Part shown: one piece after another, positions 11,951 to 25,935 of the stretch
Position numbering within the stretch: position 1 is the stretch's first letter
How the letters are laid out: every line of letters starts with the position of its first letter
From: Octopus bimaculoides
Taxonomy: Eukaryota
Reading direction: 5' to 3'
DNA length: 64,000 bases
NCBI RefSeq assembly: GCF_001194135.2
Contig: NC_068983.1
Span: forward strand, 4,949,852 to 5,013,851
Position numbers and translations under genes: made by a program
The notes under the pieces: model-generated
What the model was told of the DNA's origin: nothing
The model's input: only the letters and a program-made list of their open reading frames with translations
The model's database searches: none

Positions 11951-14613
11951 GTTTGTGTTGTTCATGGTTAGAGAGTGTATGACAAGAGAATTGTTTTGAT
12001 AAGATTTTAATGTGAAATATTTATTCACAAGGTTATCAATCTAATAACCTGTATAGGTCAGTAATATACATGATAGGCCAGATCAGGATTAACTTATACA
12101 CAAGCTGTTGTTTTGAAGAGTAAGCTATCAGCCAATTTGCTATTATAGTCACCTTTCTCCCTTTCGCTGCAAACTGTTGCCAGTTTCTTATAATTCATCT
12201 GTTGTGCTTCTTAAAAGGTCCTGTGAATTTCATGGCTTTCTTTCTCAAGATTTGTTTAAGATTAATTTAAAACGTGATAATAATGAAAAATGTCTTTCCT
12301 TGCTAAAAATAATTCACTACAAATTATATTTGCAGTTGTTGCTTTCTTTCTTTTTTCTTTTAATCTAGTCGTCTGTGTATATCAGACTTTAAGTATAGAC
12401 AACTTTAAAATGTTTGATGTAGTTTTTGTTTAATGACTAAGAGAAAACCTCATTTTAACACAGTATGAGAGAAAATCTCTCATGCTGTCTTAAAAATACA
12501 ATATATGTCAGAGCAAGGTGAAAGTTGTGCCAGACGTAACTCACAAGACTGTCCAACGTATTTGACCTTTTTGTCTTGCAATGTACTTGGTGATCCTGTT
12601 GGCGATGTTGCAGTGTAAAAAAGAACCCAGAACATTCTGTAAAGTGTTAGGAAAGGCATCCAGGTGTAGAAACCATGCCAAAGCAAACAAATAATGGGGC
12701 CTGATATTACTTCCAGCCTTGCAGCTCCTGTCGAACTGTCCAACCCGTGCCAGCATGGAAAACAGACATTAAATGATGATGATGGGCCTTACCTACTCGT
12801 TACATGCCTAAACAAAATTCATTCCTCCTATATATAGGAAACAATGAATGATACATTTACTGATATTGCAGAAAGCTGCTGGGCTGAAATATACTCAGTG
12901 TATGCAATTGAAATGATATTTGCCACTCTCCAGTTTATAATTATGTTTCTAACGTGTTCATGAAGAGATTTCCTCTTGGACAAAAACCACAGCATCATAA
13001 CTTTCAATAGTGTATATGTGAAAAAATGATACACAGATATTTTAATTTTATGCTGGTTCAATTGTGTACAAAATCTTTGAAATAGTTTACAAATTGCCAT
13101 TTGGCTACTAATTATAAATTTTTTTTAACCTAATGGTTTTTGAAGCATTGCATATAGAATTCTTATTGTTATCATTTAGATGTTTACTGGGTGCTTTTGT
13201 TCATGCCATCTAACTTATGAGGTCGCCATGCAGCCTGCAAGACTACAAACTCAAACGGGTGCAGCTTTAAGTTAGGAGATAAGGGGTTAAAGTATGAGGG
13301 AAGGGACCAGAGAGGAACAAGTATCTTGCTGTAGAGGGGTCGCATTTTAGAAGAGAGAGTGCAGGATTGTAGTTGAGTAGGGAAGAGATTAAAAATAATG
13401 GTGATAGGGTGTCTGGATGGATCATTAAGGTCCAAGGTGAGATGAAGTGAGTAGGGGGGGGGGAAGAACCAGGAGGTGGAGATTGTAAAAGTGTATGGGA
13501 GAGTAAGAAACGGTTAATGGGTGAGGCAGGGGATGATAGGTTGGGAAGGGAAGANNNNNNNNNNNNNNNNNNNGGGGGGGGGGTGAGAGAGAAAGATGTG
13601 GAGTGGTTGGGTAGTTTGCAGGAGTGTCATGAGAAAAGTGTTTTTTTTAAATCAATTTATTATTATTAGAACATCTTCAAAATCAATCTTAAGCCTTGAG
13701 AAAGAAATTCATTAAATTCACAAGGCTTATTGAGATGCACACATTGACTTTTTTTAGGTGTTGTACTCTTTGTCTTTGCAGCCCCTGTTTTTAAGTTTCC
13801 ACAGTTGAGGAGCTATAAAAGGGCTTTCCAAATAGTTTGGTATCCATGTGATCTTGGGGTCCCATAGCATGGAACCTTGGGCAATTATCTTCTACTACAT
13901 TCCTAAGCTGATTGACACCATGTGAGTGGATTTCCTTGACAGAAACTGTGTAGAAGCCTGTCGTGTATGTGTGTATGTATCCCTGTCAATATCATGGAAT
14001 GATTGATTGTAAGCAAGTATCACCTTCATACAAGCAATGTTCACTTCCAGTCTTCCATGACAAACTGGTCAGGTCATGGGAAATTTTAAGGGAAGGTTAT
14101 AATTTAGATCTCTTTAAAACAAGAACCTTGTATCAGAATCAGGGATAGTCACAGACAGGTAGGTATCAAAAGGGTTAAATTATATGATGTATCAATTCAC
14201 AGCATCGGTAGTGGGAGCACTGTCTAAATGACAAGTACTAAAATGATTTGTTGTGATGGACTCAAATCCTATTTTCATTTGGTAGGTTATGACACTAACA
14301 AAGTCTTATGAGTTTAATGCCAATATTATTTTGTTTAAATATTGTAAATATGTTTAAATAAAATAAATACCATTTTTGGTATTCATAATATTTGAACAAT
14401 ATCAATATTAGTTTTGGTATTTGAAATATTTGATTATTATTAATACTGTTTTTGGTCATTTAAAGAATTGGTTCAAAATATAATGTAACTTTATTCTTTT
14501 TTTCTCTATTTTCAATTATTCTTCCATGTTGGTATGGATTAGGTTCTCTCTCTTCAAACACAATGTTCGGAAGGCTAGTAGCCTTCCTGATAATAGACGT
14601 TCAAAGTTCAAGG

Positions 14614-14647
<34 letters not shown>

Positions 14648-15861
14648 TAATGTTCGTTTTTATGTTCATCATTATCATCATTGTTTAACGTCCATTTTCC
14701 ATGCTGGCATGGGTTGGACAGTTTGACTGAGGTCTGGAGTGCCAGAAGGCTGCACCAGACTCCAATCTGGTCTGGCAATGTTTCTACAGCTGGATGCCCT
14801 TCCTAACACTAACCTCTCTGAGAGTGTAGTGAGTGTTTTTTACATGCCACAGGAGCCAGTCAGGTAGCCCTGGCATTGATCATGTTTGGATAGTGCTTTA
14901 TACGTGCTACCAGCACAGGTGCCAGTTGGGGGGCTCTGGCATCGACCACGTTCAAACGGTGCTTTTTAAGTACCACCGGCTCAAGAGCCAGCCAATCAGT
15001 TACAATGGAAACAAGAGTACAGCTTTATTATTCTTAAACAAGAATATTATTGACAGTGACTTCGAAGTTTTGGCCAGTTAAGCCATCATTGGACATAACT
15101 TTGAAGTCCCAGTCAATAATATTCATCTTTAAGAATAATAAATAAATATGTATATCAAATCTTCTTGCAAGGCTTTGGTTGACTCAGGGCTAAAACACTT
15201 GCTCAAAGTGCTATACATTGGAACTGCTTTTAAGACCACATGGTTGAAAAAGCAAGCTTCTCAACTACGAATCCACACATTTATAGGACACTTGATAGTA
15301 AAATATTTTGTTGTGATTATTCTAATTACAAGTTATTTCTGTCTCTGGTTTAGTGTTTGTTTTACACCTGTTTTCCCATACTAACACAGGTTAGATGAAC
15401 ACTTGTTATTAATTTACTTCTAGATGGCCTTCCTGTATCAAACCCTTACCTATTTTGCAATCAAGGAAGTTTTAGTTACTCATTTTTGAAAGTGAGGAAC
15501 GACCGGATGAGTTGTTGACAGAGAAAATGTCAACAAACCATCTGTAGCTTAGCAGTTCTATATAAACATTCCTGCATGCACACACACACACACACACATT
15601 ATAAAAGAGTTTGTGTATATAGCATCATTCAATTCCTGTGCTAGCATGGATGAGATGGTTCGACAGGATCCAATGACTGTAGCATGTTCCTGTGTCTCCT
15701 TTGGCATGGTTTCTGGGGATGGATGCTCTTCCTGGCACCTATGGGTAGGTGCAGGCTTCCCAACCATGTGGTCTAGGTTCAGTCTATTTGTTCGGTGCCT
15801 TGGACAAGTTCTTCTACTACAGCCCCCTTGTGAGTAGATTTGGTAAACAGAAACTGAGAAA

Positions 15862-15894
<33 letters not shown>

Positions 15895-16615
15895 ATACAC
15901 ATGTCTTTGTGCTTACATTGGTGTGTCTCCAAAACTCTGTGAGCTTCCAGCAGTGATAATGTTGTCATTTCTTTTGTTGAATATTTTGTTGGCCTTTCAT
16001 TTTCAATGTCCTGTGGAATAAGAAAGCCCTCACTAAAAAAAAAAAAAAAAAAATGCAGATAAGGGCTAATGACAGGAAAGGTATTCAACACTAAATCAAT
16101 GGATTAATAGAAGACTAATCCAACCCATGCTAGCATGGGGAAAACTCTCATAAACTGAACTAATGAATGAACATACAACAGGTCTCTACACAGTTTCCAT
16201 CTACTAGATTAACTCATAAAGCTTTTCCCACCCTGGGGTTCAAGTAAAAGACAGCCAAGGTGCCATACATTGTGGTAGAAACTAAAGCAGATTTCTTAAC
16301 CATATAGCCATGCTTGCATCTGGCAGTTTGGTTATATGATGAAACAATACATAGTTAGTGATCCTTCTTTAGAACAGAAAGCACTTTAATGCTAATCCTT
16401 GCAAATTGTATGGTCCCACCACTTCACTTTTAAACAAACAATAACTTCCATTACGACAGTAATCCAGTTCACTGTATATCAGCTGTGGCCGTTGGACATA
16501 ACACCCGGGCAACGCTAGGATGCATTGCTAGTATATTATAAATGATGAATGTGTGTCTATATATAAAAATAAATATCTGAGATATATTTCATGTATTTCT
16601 ATCTCTTTTTTTCAG

Positions 16616-16875
16616 GTATATCTGGCAAAAGCCAAGTGTTGTTTGCTTTGGTCTTCACAACTCGTTACTTAGATCTGTTCACATCCTTCATCTCTTTCTA
16701 TAATACAATAATGAAGGCATTCTTCATTGCCTCCTCCTATTTCACTGTCTTCCTCATCTACTACAAGTTTAAGGCGACCTATGACAGCAACCACGACACG
16801 TTTCGAGCTGAGTTTTTGGTCGTCCCCGTTGGTGGCCTTTCTGTTTTGGTCAACTCTGAATTCACTCTATTAGAG
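16616..16875 (+). CDS. KDELR: KDEL receptor exon 2 ([22 protein letters not shown]...[31 protein letters not shown])
   Basis: Polypyrimidine tract ending TTTTCAG at 16615 and GTACGT donor at 16876. The 260 nt run from phase 1 to phase 0 and contain the ERD2 motifs SGKSQ, RYLDLF and HDTF. Confidence 0.97.
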
Positions 16876-18204
16876 GTACGTACATCATTTATCTAGTTTT
16901 AAATACTGTATTTCTATGTTTGTTGTTATTTGCTAGCATGTTGGACAAGATGCTTAATGGCTTTTCATGTCTTCACAGTCTGGGTTCAAATTCCACCGAG
17001 GTTGACTTTGCCTTTCATATTTTTGGGATCAGTAAAATAGGTACCAGTTGAGTACTGGGGTCGATGTAATCAACTGTTCCCCTCTTCACAGATTTCAGGC
17101 ATTATGGCTATTAGTAGAAAGATTTGGTGCCACATAAAAGCTGTAAAAAGCATCCAGTACACTCTAACATTGAGAAGGGCATCCAGCCACTGTAACCCTG
17201 CCAAAACAGACAGTTGGGGCCTGGTGCAGCTCCCTGGCTTACCGGCACCTGTCAAACTATCTCCCCTTTACCAGCATGGAAAACACCTTAAATGTTGATG
17301 ATGATAAATGGTTTCATATTTTGGCCTTGTGCCAACAGTTTTAAGGGGAGGCGTTTAGTCAATGTCATCAACCCCCAATACATAACTGGCACTTGATAAA
17401 AATCAAGCTCAGAGGGATAAAAGGCAAAGATGACCTTGACAGGATTTGAACTTATAATGTAATGAGTTGCAAGAAATACAACATTGGAAGAAATACTTTA
17501 CGGTATTCCTTCAGGCCTGCTACAATCTGAGTTCAAATCCTTCTGAGGTCATCTTTGTCTTTCATTCCTCCAGGGCCAATAAATTAAAGTAACATCAAGT
17601 ACTGGAGTTAATGAAACCGACTAACACCTCCTCCCATTATTAAAAGTGCTGACCTTGTGCTAATTATTATTATCTTATCTTTGTAGAAGATTGAATGAAA
17701 GGAATTTAAGTAGGATGCCTTGTTTGTATTTTGACTACAGAAAATAGATCAGAATTGATCTATTTAAAATTTGTGTTTGGTTTGTAATCATGAGATTTTG
17801 GGTTCTGTCCCACTGTATGGTACCTTGAGTGTCTTCTGCTGTAGCCCCTGGTCAACCAATACTTTGCGAGAGAATTTGGCAGACAGAAACTGCTAAAAAC
17901 CTATCATTCATGTATGTATGTGTGTGTGTATATATGTATATGCGCTGGTGCCATGTAAAAGGCATCACCATGCCAGTGGCACATACAAAGCACCATTTGA
18001 GCATGACCAACGCTAGTGCTGCCTAACATTTTTTAATACAATTTCTAATAATATTTAATTATAAAAATATATGCTTTTTTTTTAAACCTCAAATAGCTAG
18101 GATTGTCCATCCAAGTAAAATGGAAATCAAAAGGGGTCCATAGATTAAAAAATGGTTGCAAAACTCAACTGTGTATAACCTATATATATATATATATATA
18201 TATT

Positions 18205-19268
18205 CATATTTTTTCCATCCAAATGATTTTGAAGACTGTGGAATGAATGATAATCAGACGGGGCAATGTCTGGCGAATATGGTGGTTGGGGCATCGTTTC
18301 CCATTCAAACTGCTCCAGCCTTTCGAATGTCAACCTCGCTGTATGTGACCGAGCATTATCCTGATGGGAGAACATCTCTTGATGGGAAGATGGTTGTTTT
18401 TCTTCTAGCGCTGACGTAAGCCGATCAAGCTGCTCGCACTAGATCTCCCTTGTTCTCGTTTGGTTTGGGTTCAAAAATTCAAAGAGGACTAAACCTTTCA
18501 TATCCCACCAAACAGATAACAATACCTTACGTGGGTGAAGACCTTTAGCGTGGGACGCTGGTGCTTCTCCTTTCCCTACCCACTGTCTTCGGCACTTGAC
18601 ATTTTTATAGAGAACCCATTTCTTGTCACCAGTCACTATTCGGTCCAAAAAAGGTTCATTCGTGAGACATGACAGCAAAGAAGAGCACACGTTCACTCTC
18701 TGTGCGCAATTAGACCCGGAAGTTTGTGAGGAACCCATTGACCCAATTTACTGAGTTTTCCGATGGCGCACAAGTCTCGATGAATGATTGAAGGAGCAAA
18801 TCCAAGCTTCTCTGCTACTTCCTCAAGCTATGATAAAATTTTGTTCCACCAGGGTTTGCAGGACATCCTTGTGGAGCTCTACAGATCTTCCAGAATGAGG
18901 CTCATCTTCTAGGCTATAGTTTCTGGCTCGGAATTTCTGGAACCACCGTTGACACTGGCTTATGCTTATTGTCCGATCCCCATATACTGCATTGATATTC
19001 CTCGCTCTTTCCATTGCGTTGTTGCCTTTATTGAACTCATAAAGCAAAAAATATGCTGAATATGCTCCTTTGTTACTTCCATTATAGGTTTGGAAAAATA
19101 ACTGTTAAAATCGAACTGCACTCTTTAAAACTTGCACTAAGAATAAGGACAAGGTAAAATTATTCCCTGCTTTTATAGCAAGTTGATGCAGGTAGTTTAT
19201 CCCACCCGCCTCCAACTTTTATTTCATGCAGTTGGAAAAATTGCATTATTTATGGGATGATTCAATAT
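18205..19268 (-). mobile_element. Decayed mariner (D,D34D) transposon in KDELR intron 2
   Basis: Fragments MLYEF...WFQKF (HTH), IVTGDKKW, HQDNAR and YSPDIAPSDY are spread over frameshifted ORFs. One TIR-like end at about 19240-19266; the other end is lost at a (TA)n tract. Confidence 0.9.
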
Positions 19269-19387
19269 AAATTAATAATCTACATCTTTATACACCTTGC
19301 ATATAAATATACTGAATTCCTCAACTCCTTTATCAATGCTTCATTTTATCCTTTTCTTCTTTTCTTTTTTTTTTCCTTTTTTTCCAG

Positions 19388-19408
19388 ATTTTGTGGACCT
19401 TCTCTATT
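19388..19408 (+). CDS. KDELR: KDEL receptor exon 3, visible 5' part only (ILWTFSI); the remainder is in the assembly gap
   Basis: Long pyrimidine tract ending TTTCCAG at 19387, then ATT TTG TGG ACC TTC TCT ATT (the conserved ILWTFSIYLE motif), running into N at 19409. Confidence 0.93.
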
Positions 19409-20214
19409 NNNNNNNNNNNNNNNNNNNNNNNNNNNNNNNNNNNNNNNNNNNNNNNNNNNNNNNNNNNNNNNNNNNNNNNNNNNNNNNNNNNNNNNNNNNN
19501 NNNNNNNNNNNNNNNNNNNNNNNNNNNNNNNNNNNNNNNNNNNNNNNNNNNNNNNNNNNNNNNNNNNNNNNNNNNNNNNNNNNNNNNNNNNNNNNNNNNN
19601 NNNNNNNNNNNNNNNNNNNNNNNNNNNNNNNNNNNNNNNNNNNNNNNNNNNNNNNNNNNNNNNNNNNNNNNNNNNNNNNNNNNNNNNNNNNNNNNNNNNN
19701 NNNNNNNNNNNNNNNNNNNNNNNNNNNNNNNNNNNNNNNNNNNNNNNNNNNNNNNNNNNNNNNNNNNNNNNNNNNNNNNNNNNNNNNNNNNNNNNNNNNN
19801 NNNNNNNNNNNNNNNNNNNNNNNNNNNNNNNNNNNNNNNNNNNNNNNNNNNNNNNNNNNNNNNNNNNNNNNNNNNNNNNNNNNNNNNNNNNNNNNNNNNN
19901 NNNNNNNNNNNNNNNNNNNNNNNNNNNNNNNNNNNNNNNNNNNNNNNNNNNNNNNNNNNNNNNNNNNNNNNNNNNNNNNNNNNNNNNNNNNNNNNNNNNN
20001 NNNNNNNNNNNNNNNNNNNNNNNNNNNNNNNNNNNNNNNNNNNNNNNNNNNNNNNNNNNNNNNNNNNNNNNNNNNNNNNNNNNNNNNNNNNNNNNNNNNN
20101 NNNNNNNNNNNNNNNNNNNNNNNNNNNNNNNNNNNNNNNNNNNNNNNNNNNNNNNNNNNNNNNNNNNNNNNNNNNNNNNNNNNNNNNNNNNNNNNNNNNN
20201 NNNNNNNNNNNNNN
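19409..20214. other. Assembly gap (806 N) interrupting KDELR exon 3
   Basis: N run. Other large gaps are at 34107-34790, 36986-37335, 46908-46990 and 48521-48636. Confidence 0.99.
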
Positions 20215-20855
20215 ATACTTAATTAATGTTGGGTTTTAAATAACGCCTAATTTCTGTTCAATTTTGGTTATAGATTTATCTATTTCTGGTGGCTTCCTAC
20301 ATTTTAGCTCTTTCGAAATCCCTTTTTTTCCACTTCCATTATTTCCAATATAGGAATATTTTTTGAGTCATACAACTATTAATTCTTTTATTATTATTTT
20401 TTTTTTACTTGAAGGATTGATTTATAAATTTATAAATATTCTTCATCCCAAGGTGGCAAGCTGCCAGAATCGTTAGCACCTTGGGCAAGAATTCAAAATT
20501 CAAATTCTGCCAGAGTTGACTTCGCCTTTCATCCTTTCAGGATCAATTAAAATAAGTACTCAACTCACCCCAGCTCCCAAAACTGATGGCTTTGTTCCAA
20601 AAAGCTGGCAGAAACATTAGCATGTCAGACAAAATGCTTAGCAGCATTTCTACATATCTCTTTACATTGTGAGTTCAAATTCTGCTGTGGTAGACTTTGC
20701 CTTTCGTCTTTTCAAGGTCATTAAAATAATACTAATCAAATATTGGGGTCGACATAATTGTCTTACTACCTCCCTTAAAACTTGCTGGCCTTGTGTCAAA
20801 ATTAAGAATAATAATTTCTAATGACTTAAAAAGTTAATTTTGATACTGATTTTAG

Positions 20856-20891
<36 letters not shown>

Positions 20892-20901
20892 NNNNNNNNN
20901 N

Positions 20902-20937
<36 letters not shown>

Positions 20938-21769
20938 TTCTCTCCCTGCAATTTTGATAGACGACTAGTCAGATTTGAGAAAATGTCTTGCAAAAATTAC
21001 AAAATTTTAAATATGGAAAATATTTTTAAAAACTGAATACACCTTAACATAGATTTTTATTTATTTTCTCCCCGTCTCCGTTTTTTTAAAGAATTAATAA
21101 AACATATCTGAAGGAAATATTTGCTATATTTTGGACGTGAAAACATCAAGCATCGACTTTTTCTCATGTTGTCTTCCACACAAGAGGCTTAAATCAGAAA
21201 ATGGTTAAATATAGAATTATTTTGTGCCAAAGCATTGCCTTTGATTAATGGAATACTAATACCGTGTAACGATCATGTATCACCACACACATTCACTATT
21301 TTTGTGAGTGTTAGGTAATTAATTTCTTGGTATAATTATATTTCAGAATTAATTAATATTTTTTTTACCACACTTGCCTTCTGAAAGTTAATTCTGTTTT
21401 ATTCACCTTTTTTTTTTTTAAACAACATATCATAATACTCATAGAGAAGGGAAAATTAGGGCTCCCTTCTGCACAAACACTGCTGTATTTAATACATTCT
21501 TATACATTGTATTTCTTTCCGATTACATTTAATACATATTATGTGTATTATATTTTTTTAATCTTTATGAACAAAAAAAAAAAACCTCAATATTCACAAA
21601 TATGTTATTCATAGAATTAAACTTTAAATCCAGTTTTACACATTTCCACTTGCATCTATTCGATCTTGAATATTGTAAATTTTATCCAGTAGAATTTTCT
21701 GTGATAAATGTCTTATAATTCTAGTTATTTAATTCTTTTCAAGAAAATTTTTACTATGAATGAGATTAT

Positions 21770-22330
21770 TATTATTTTTATTATTATTATGATAACAACA
21801 ATTATTACATACTATATTAGTTAACGAGGTTGGTATGTTGAGATTTGGTAATGACAAATTTCCTGAAATCTTGAGAATCTTTCTAAAGGTCCTTGCAGAA
21901 TACAGCATTGCACTTTGTAGGTTGACAGTGCAAGTCCCAATTTCAATATCTTTCAGACTCTTAGGTAGCAATTATGGGTGTTGTGCCTAGTGCATCCATT
22001 ACCACAAGAATAACGGTCAGCTTAGTATTGCTTCATCTGTCTGGCTAGGTCCTCAGATTTCTCAGTTTTTTTTTTACCAGTTCTTTGGTGTCCACTCTGT
22101 TATGGTATTGCAAACTCTCTGATCTTACTCTGTTTGTTTTTCTTTTTTTTTTTGTCCTCAATAATCATATCTTGTCTGCTTGCTTCAATAGTGTTGTCAA
22201 TCTTTGTAAGGAAGTCCTATAAAATCCTGTAATTATTTTCTATCACAGCTTCTGGTTCAGCTTCATAACACTTTTCTGTTACTTTGAAGCCACACTTTCA
22301 GCTAATAACCCACATTATTATTATTATTAT
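21770..22330 (-). mobile_element. Decayed R4/Dong-like (restriction-like endonuclease) LINE 3' end with (AAT)n tail
   Basis: The minus-strand translation contains EAVIENN.RIL.DF..KIDNTIEASRQDMII, resembling the RLE domain. Confidence 0.55.
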
Positions 22331-22652
22331 TATTATTGCAGTAGATTGACAGGATTGTTAGAATGTTGCACAAAGTGCCTTGTGATATTTAATTACGGCC
22401 CTTTACTTTTCTAAATTCAAATTATACTGAAGTCAATTTTGCCTTTTCATCCCTCTGTGGATTTGGTGGAATAAAATACTAGTCAAGTCGGTTTGATCAG
22501 CTGACATCTCCCTTCTGTTCTGTGGCCCTGTGCCTATGTTAGAAGCTATTCGGTGGTGAGCTGGCACGATTGTTAGCATGTGATCAACTATCCCCCTCCC
22601 TTCAAATTCCATGCCTTGTGCCTATAACAGAAAGGATTATTTTTATTGTAAT

Positions 22653-22865
22653 AAGGCAGCGAGCTGGCAGAATCGTTAGCACACCGAGCAAAATGCTTAA
22701 TTGTATTATGTCCATCCTTACGTTCTGAGTTCAAATTCTGCTGAGGTGGATGTTGCCTTTCATCCTTTTAACATTGATAAAATAAGTACCAGTTACGCAC
22801 TGGGGTCGATGTAATCAACAAGCCCCCACTCTGAACTTATTGGTTTCATGTCAAAAAATTGAAAC

Positions 22866-22866
<1 letters not shown>
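22653..22866 (+). mobile_element. tRNA-headed SINE family B, representative copy
   Basis: ggcagcgagctggcagaatcgttagc (A box) and gagttcaaattc (B box), with a central ctttcatcctttcggggtcgataaaataagtaccag domain that may be Meta/MESC-type. Other copies: 170-300(-), 16935-17110, 20450-20810, 27470-27630, 44565-44770(-), 48764-48920, 49205-49340(-), 54060-54295, 59620-60240. Confidence 0.82.
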
Positions 22867-22926
<60 letters not shown>

Positions 22927-23994
22927 GTTATTGTCATTATTTCTTGTGCTTTTCAGATCCTAAAATTAGGCTTTTTAAGATCTCTCCATCAGGTCTAAGT
23001 AGGACCTAATAAGGCATTGTTTTGGTTCAGTGCTGACATCATATTTGATTTTAAGCTGATCAAAGAATTGTAGCAGTTTCTTTGGTAGTGGTCTTCCTCT
23101 TTCTTTCTCCTTCCATCCTCACCTTTGCAGAGTTGGTCACCTTTGCCACTTCTTCAGCTGCTTCATTATGGCCACTAAGAACTGCTTATTTTTATTCTTA
23201 AGGCAATGTGCTAGCAAAATTGGTAGGATGTCAGATAAAATGCTTAGTAAAATTTTCTGTCAACTCCTTATGTTTTGAGCTCAAATGCTATCTAGGTCAA
23301 CTTTGCTTTCACTTTTACAGGGTCATAAAAATATTAGTCAAATAGTTGNNNNNNNNNNCCTTCCTCTTAAAATCGAAACCCTTACACCAACATCAAAAAG
23401 AATTACATAATTTTTTTTTTTAAATTGCTTACACTGTAATTGAGCTAAATTACAGTTTTCAAACACTTCTAATGCAACATTTGTAATGTTTCACTTAGAA
23501 GTAGATCAAAAACAAAACCAAATATATTATATTGAACGTTTATTTTTGCTAGTCAATAGTTATTCCATTGTCAGTTTTTAAATCCTCGTTGTATTTAGTG
23601 AGGATAGGATTCACAGGAGGCCCAGGACAGTCGCATTATTAAACCTAACTTTAACTCTATTACAAATTCAAAACATCTTCTTCTCTTCAATTGGAAGTCG
23701 CTTTCATGATGTAGGAAATATATTTACATCTACTTAGTGTTGAGTTTTCAAATATGAAGTGAAAGTTATAAACATTTTATTTATAAAATGTTTGTCTTGT
23801 CCTTTTCCATATTTTTCTATTCTGTTTTTAGAAGTATTTCTATTGTTTTATAATTACTTTTTTTTTTTTTTTTTTTTTTTTTGTAGAGTACATATTGATT
23901 GTTCATATTTGAGGAATGGACAAATGGTTTTCTATTTGTATATATGTGTGTGTGCTTATGTTTGTGTGTGTATATATATATATATGTATATACA

Positions 23995-24545
23995 TGATGG
24001 CCGTCCACTCGTGACTGAAGAAGACCATAGCTGACCCTCAGGAACATTGTGCACTCTAGGACTAACTTATATTTTGCATTTGCAGCTCCATTAGAGGCTA
24101 ATGAGCCCTGCTCTTGACAAGCATACACAAATGCTAACATTGCAGACCAAGCTTTCCCCATTCACTACACCAGCTGTGCACTTTCGTGCGGCTCACTTAA
24201 GTTCTTCATGCTGGATACGTACTCTCTCAAAAGTGTCGATCCCCTCCTTAACCTGCTTCCTCCATCCGTGGTGATGACAGGCATTGTTCTCCCAGTCAGT
24301 GTCTTGCATATCACAGGCCTTTAATGAGGACTTGACACAGTCCTTAAATCACAGCCTTGGTTTCTGCTGGGGTCTCTTTCCATTCACAAGTTCCCCATGT
24401 AGCCTCTGCTTAGGATCCTGCTATCCTTCATTCTAATAAGGTGTCCAGTCCAATGTAACCGGTGCTTGTGCACCATCGCCTCAATACTCAAGATATCAGC
24501 TGTCCTCAGGACCTGTGTATCTGGAGTTTTTAAGGTCCAGCCAAC
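23995..24545 (-). mobile_element. 3' fragment of an RTE/BovB-like LINE
   Basis: VLRTADILSIEAMVHKHRLHWTGHLIRM resembles the RTE C-terminus (LRWAGHVxRM). Confidence 0.75.
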
Positions 24546-24589
24546 ATACATACATACATACATATACACACATACGAAAGAACATTACC

Positions 24590-24870
24590 TAAGCGGTTAG
24601 GGTGTTGCATTCATAATCAGTAGACCATGGGTTCAATTTCCAAACTGAGCAGCACATTGTGTTCCTGAGCAAAACACTTCATTTCACATTGCTCCAGTCT
24701 ACTCAGCTGTAAATGGGTCACCCCTGTGATGGACTAGCCTTCTGACCAGGGGCAATGTTGGCCTGCTCACCTGGCTGATAGAGTGGCATCACTTGAAAAC
24801 TAAAACAATACAAAGTGCATTGTGACCAGCAATGTATAACAACATCCAATAGTCTGGTTGATCATAAGAT
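24590..24870 (+). mobile_element. Third SINE-like element (tRNA-like head and conserved central domain)
   Basis: gggttcaatt B box, then gtgttcctgagcaaaacactt...cagctgtaaatgggt...cctgtgatggactagc. Confidence 0.55.
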
Positions 24871-24977
24871 ATATAGTATACACACACACACATAATCACA
24901 CAACATATAAACACCCATATGCATATGTATTTACACACACACATATGTAACTGTATATACATGTATAAATGTTTATA

Positions 24978-25286
24978 CAGGTACTGAACCTTGGGATCGG
25001 AGGTGGTCCAGATTTCTGGATTTTCCACATTTCTGGACATAGGCTTTTTAGACATGGTAATAAATAAAAATTATAATAAATTAAGACAAATAACCATTTA
25101 GCTATGAGTGAAAGGCGTCCACACAGGAACTGGCGTTGTGTGATGCATACACCATAGAAACCAAAACAAAGCAGCCAGGCGGTGAATTACTACAGCCTGC
25201 AAAATTCAAAGCTTGCCAGTTTCAAAAATAGCTGGATTTCTGGTAATTCCGAATCTCTGGATTCTGGATAAGAGGTTCGGTACCTG
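24978..25286. mobile_element. Tc1/mariner-type MITE
   Basis: TIRs CAGGTACTGAACCT and AGGTTCGGTACCTG, both flanked by TA. Confidence 0.7.
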
Positions 25287-25935
25287 TATTGATAGAAATG
25301 TGTAATTGGTTATGATTATTTCTGCATTTCATTATACATCTATATTGCCAGGGCAGACACTGGAGCTCAGCATGTTCCTCTGGTTTGTCGGTCCCTCTCA
25401 GACCATCCAACCCATGCCAGCAGGGGAAACAGACATTTTCTTAATTTTCAGATTTCTTTTCCTTTTTTTTTTTTTTTTTTTTTTACTGCTATTCTTCATG
25501 ATTTCAGAAATCCTTGGTTATTTCTGTTTTAGGTGTTGGTCATAAATATCTATTTTACAGTTAGTTGTGATAAAAGTTGTCTTGTCTTAATCTTATTTAA
25601 TTACTACTAGGGTCCTACTGATCTTAACTTTAGGGTCTCGTTTTTCTCTTTGCACTCATAAAGTATTTTGGTTTTAGATTTTTTTTGTTTGCTTTTTATA
25701 TATTGGTAAAAATAGAAAAGGGGTTGAAAGCCAGAATCTTTTTAAGCTTTGTCGTTTATACTAATAGATGACTTGTTTTGGTAGTTGTCTTATGGTCTTT
25801 GAGGTGAAACTATGGTGAATAGAATCAATAGGTTTTTCTATGAAGATTCTGAAATATTTCAAAGCTTTACGTTTACAACCTTCTCCTGCCCTCTTTGACA
25901 GCTCTTGGATTTTTATTTTTATTTTCCTCTTCCAG

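Noticed and set aside
19257-20239. Long ORFs across N runs (also 34053-34882, 36773-37452, 46846-47046, 48372-48681)
   Set aside because: These are artefacts of translating assembly gaps. Only ILWTFSI at 19388 is real.
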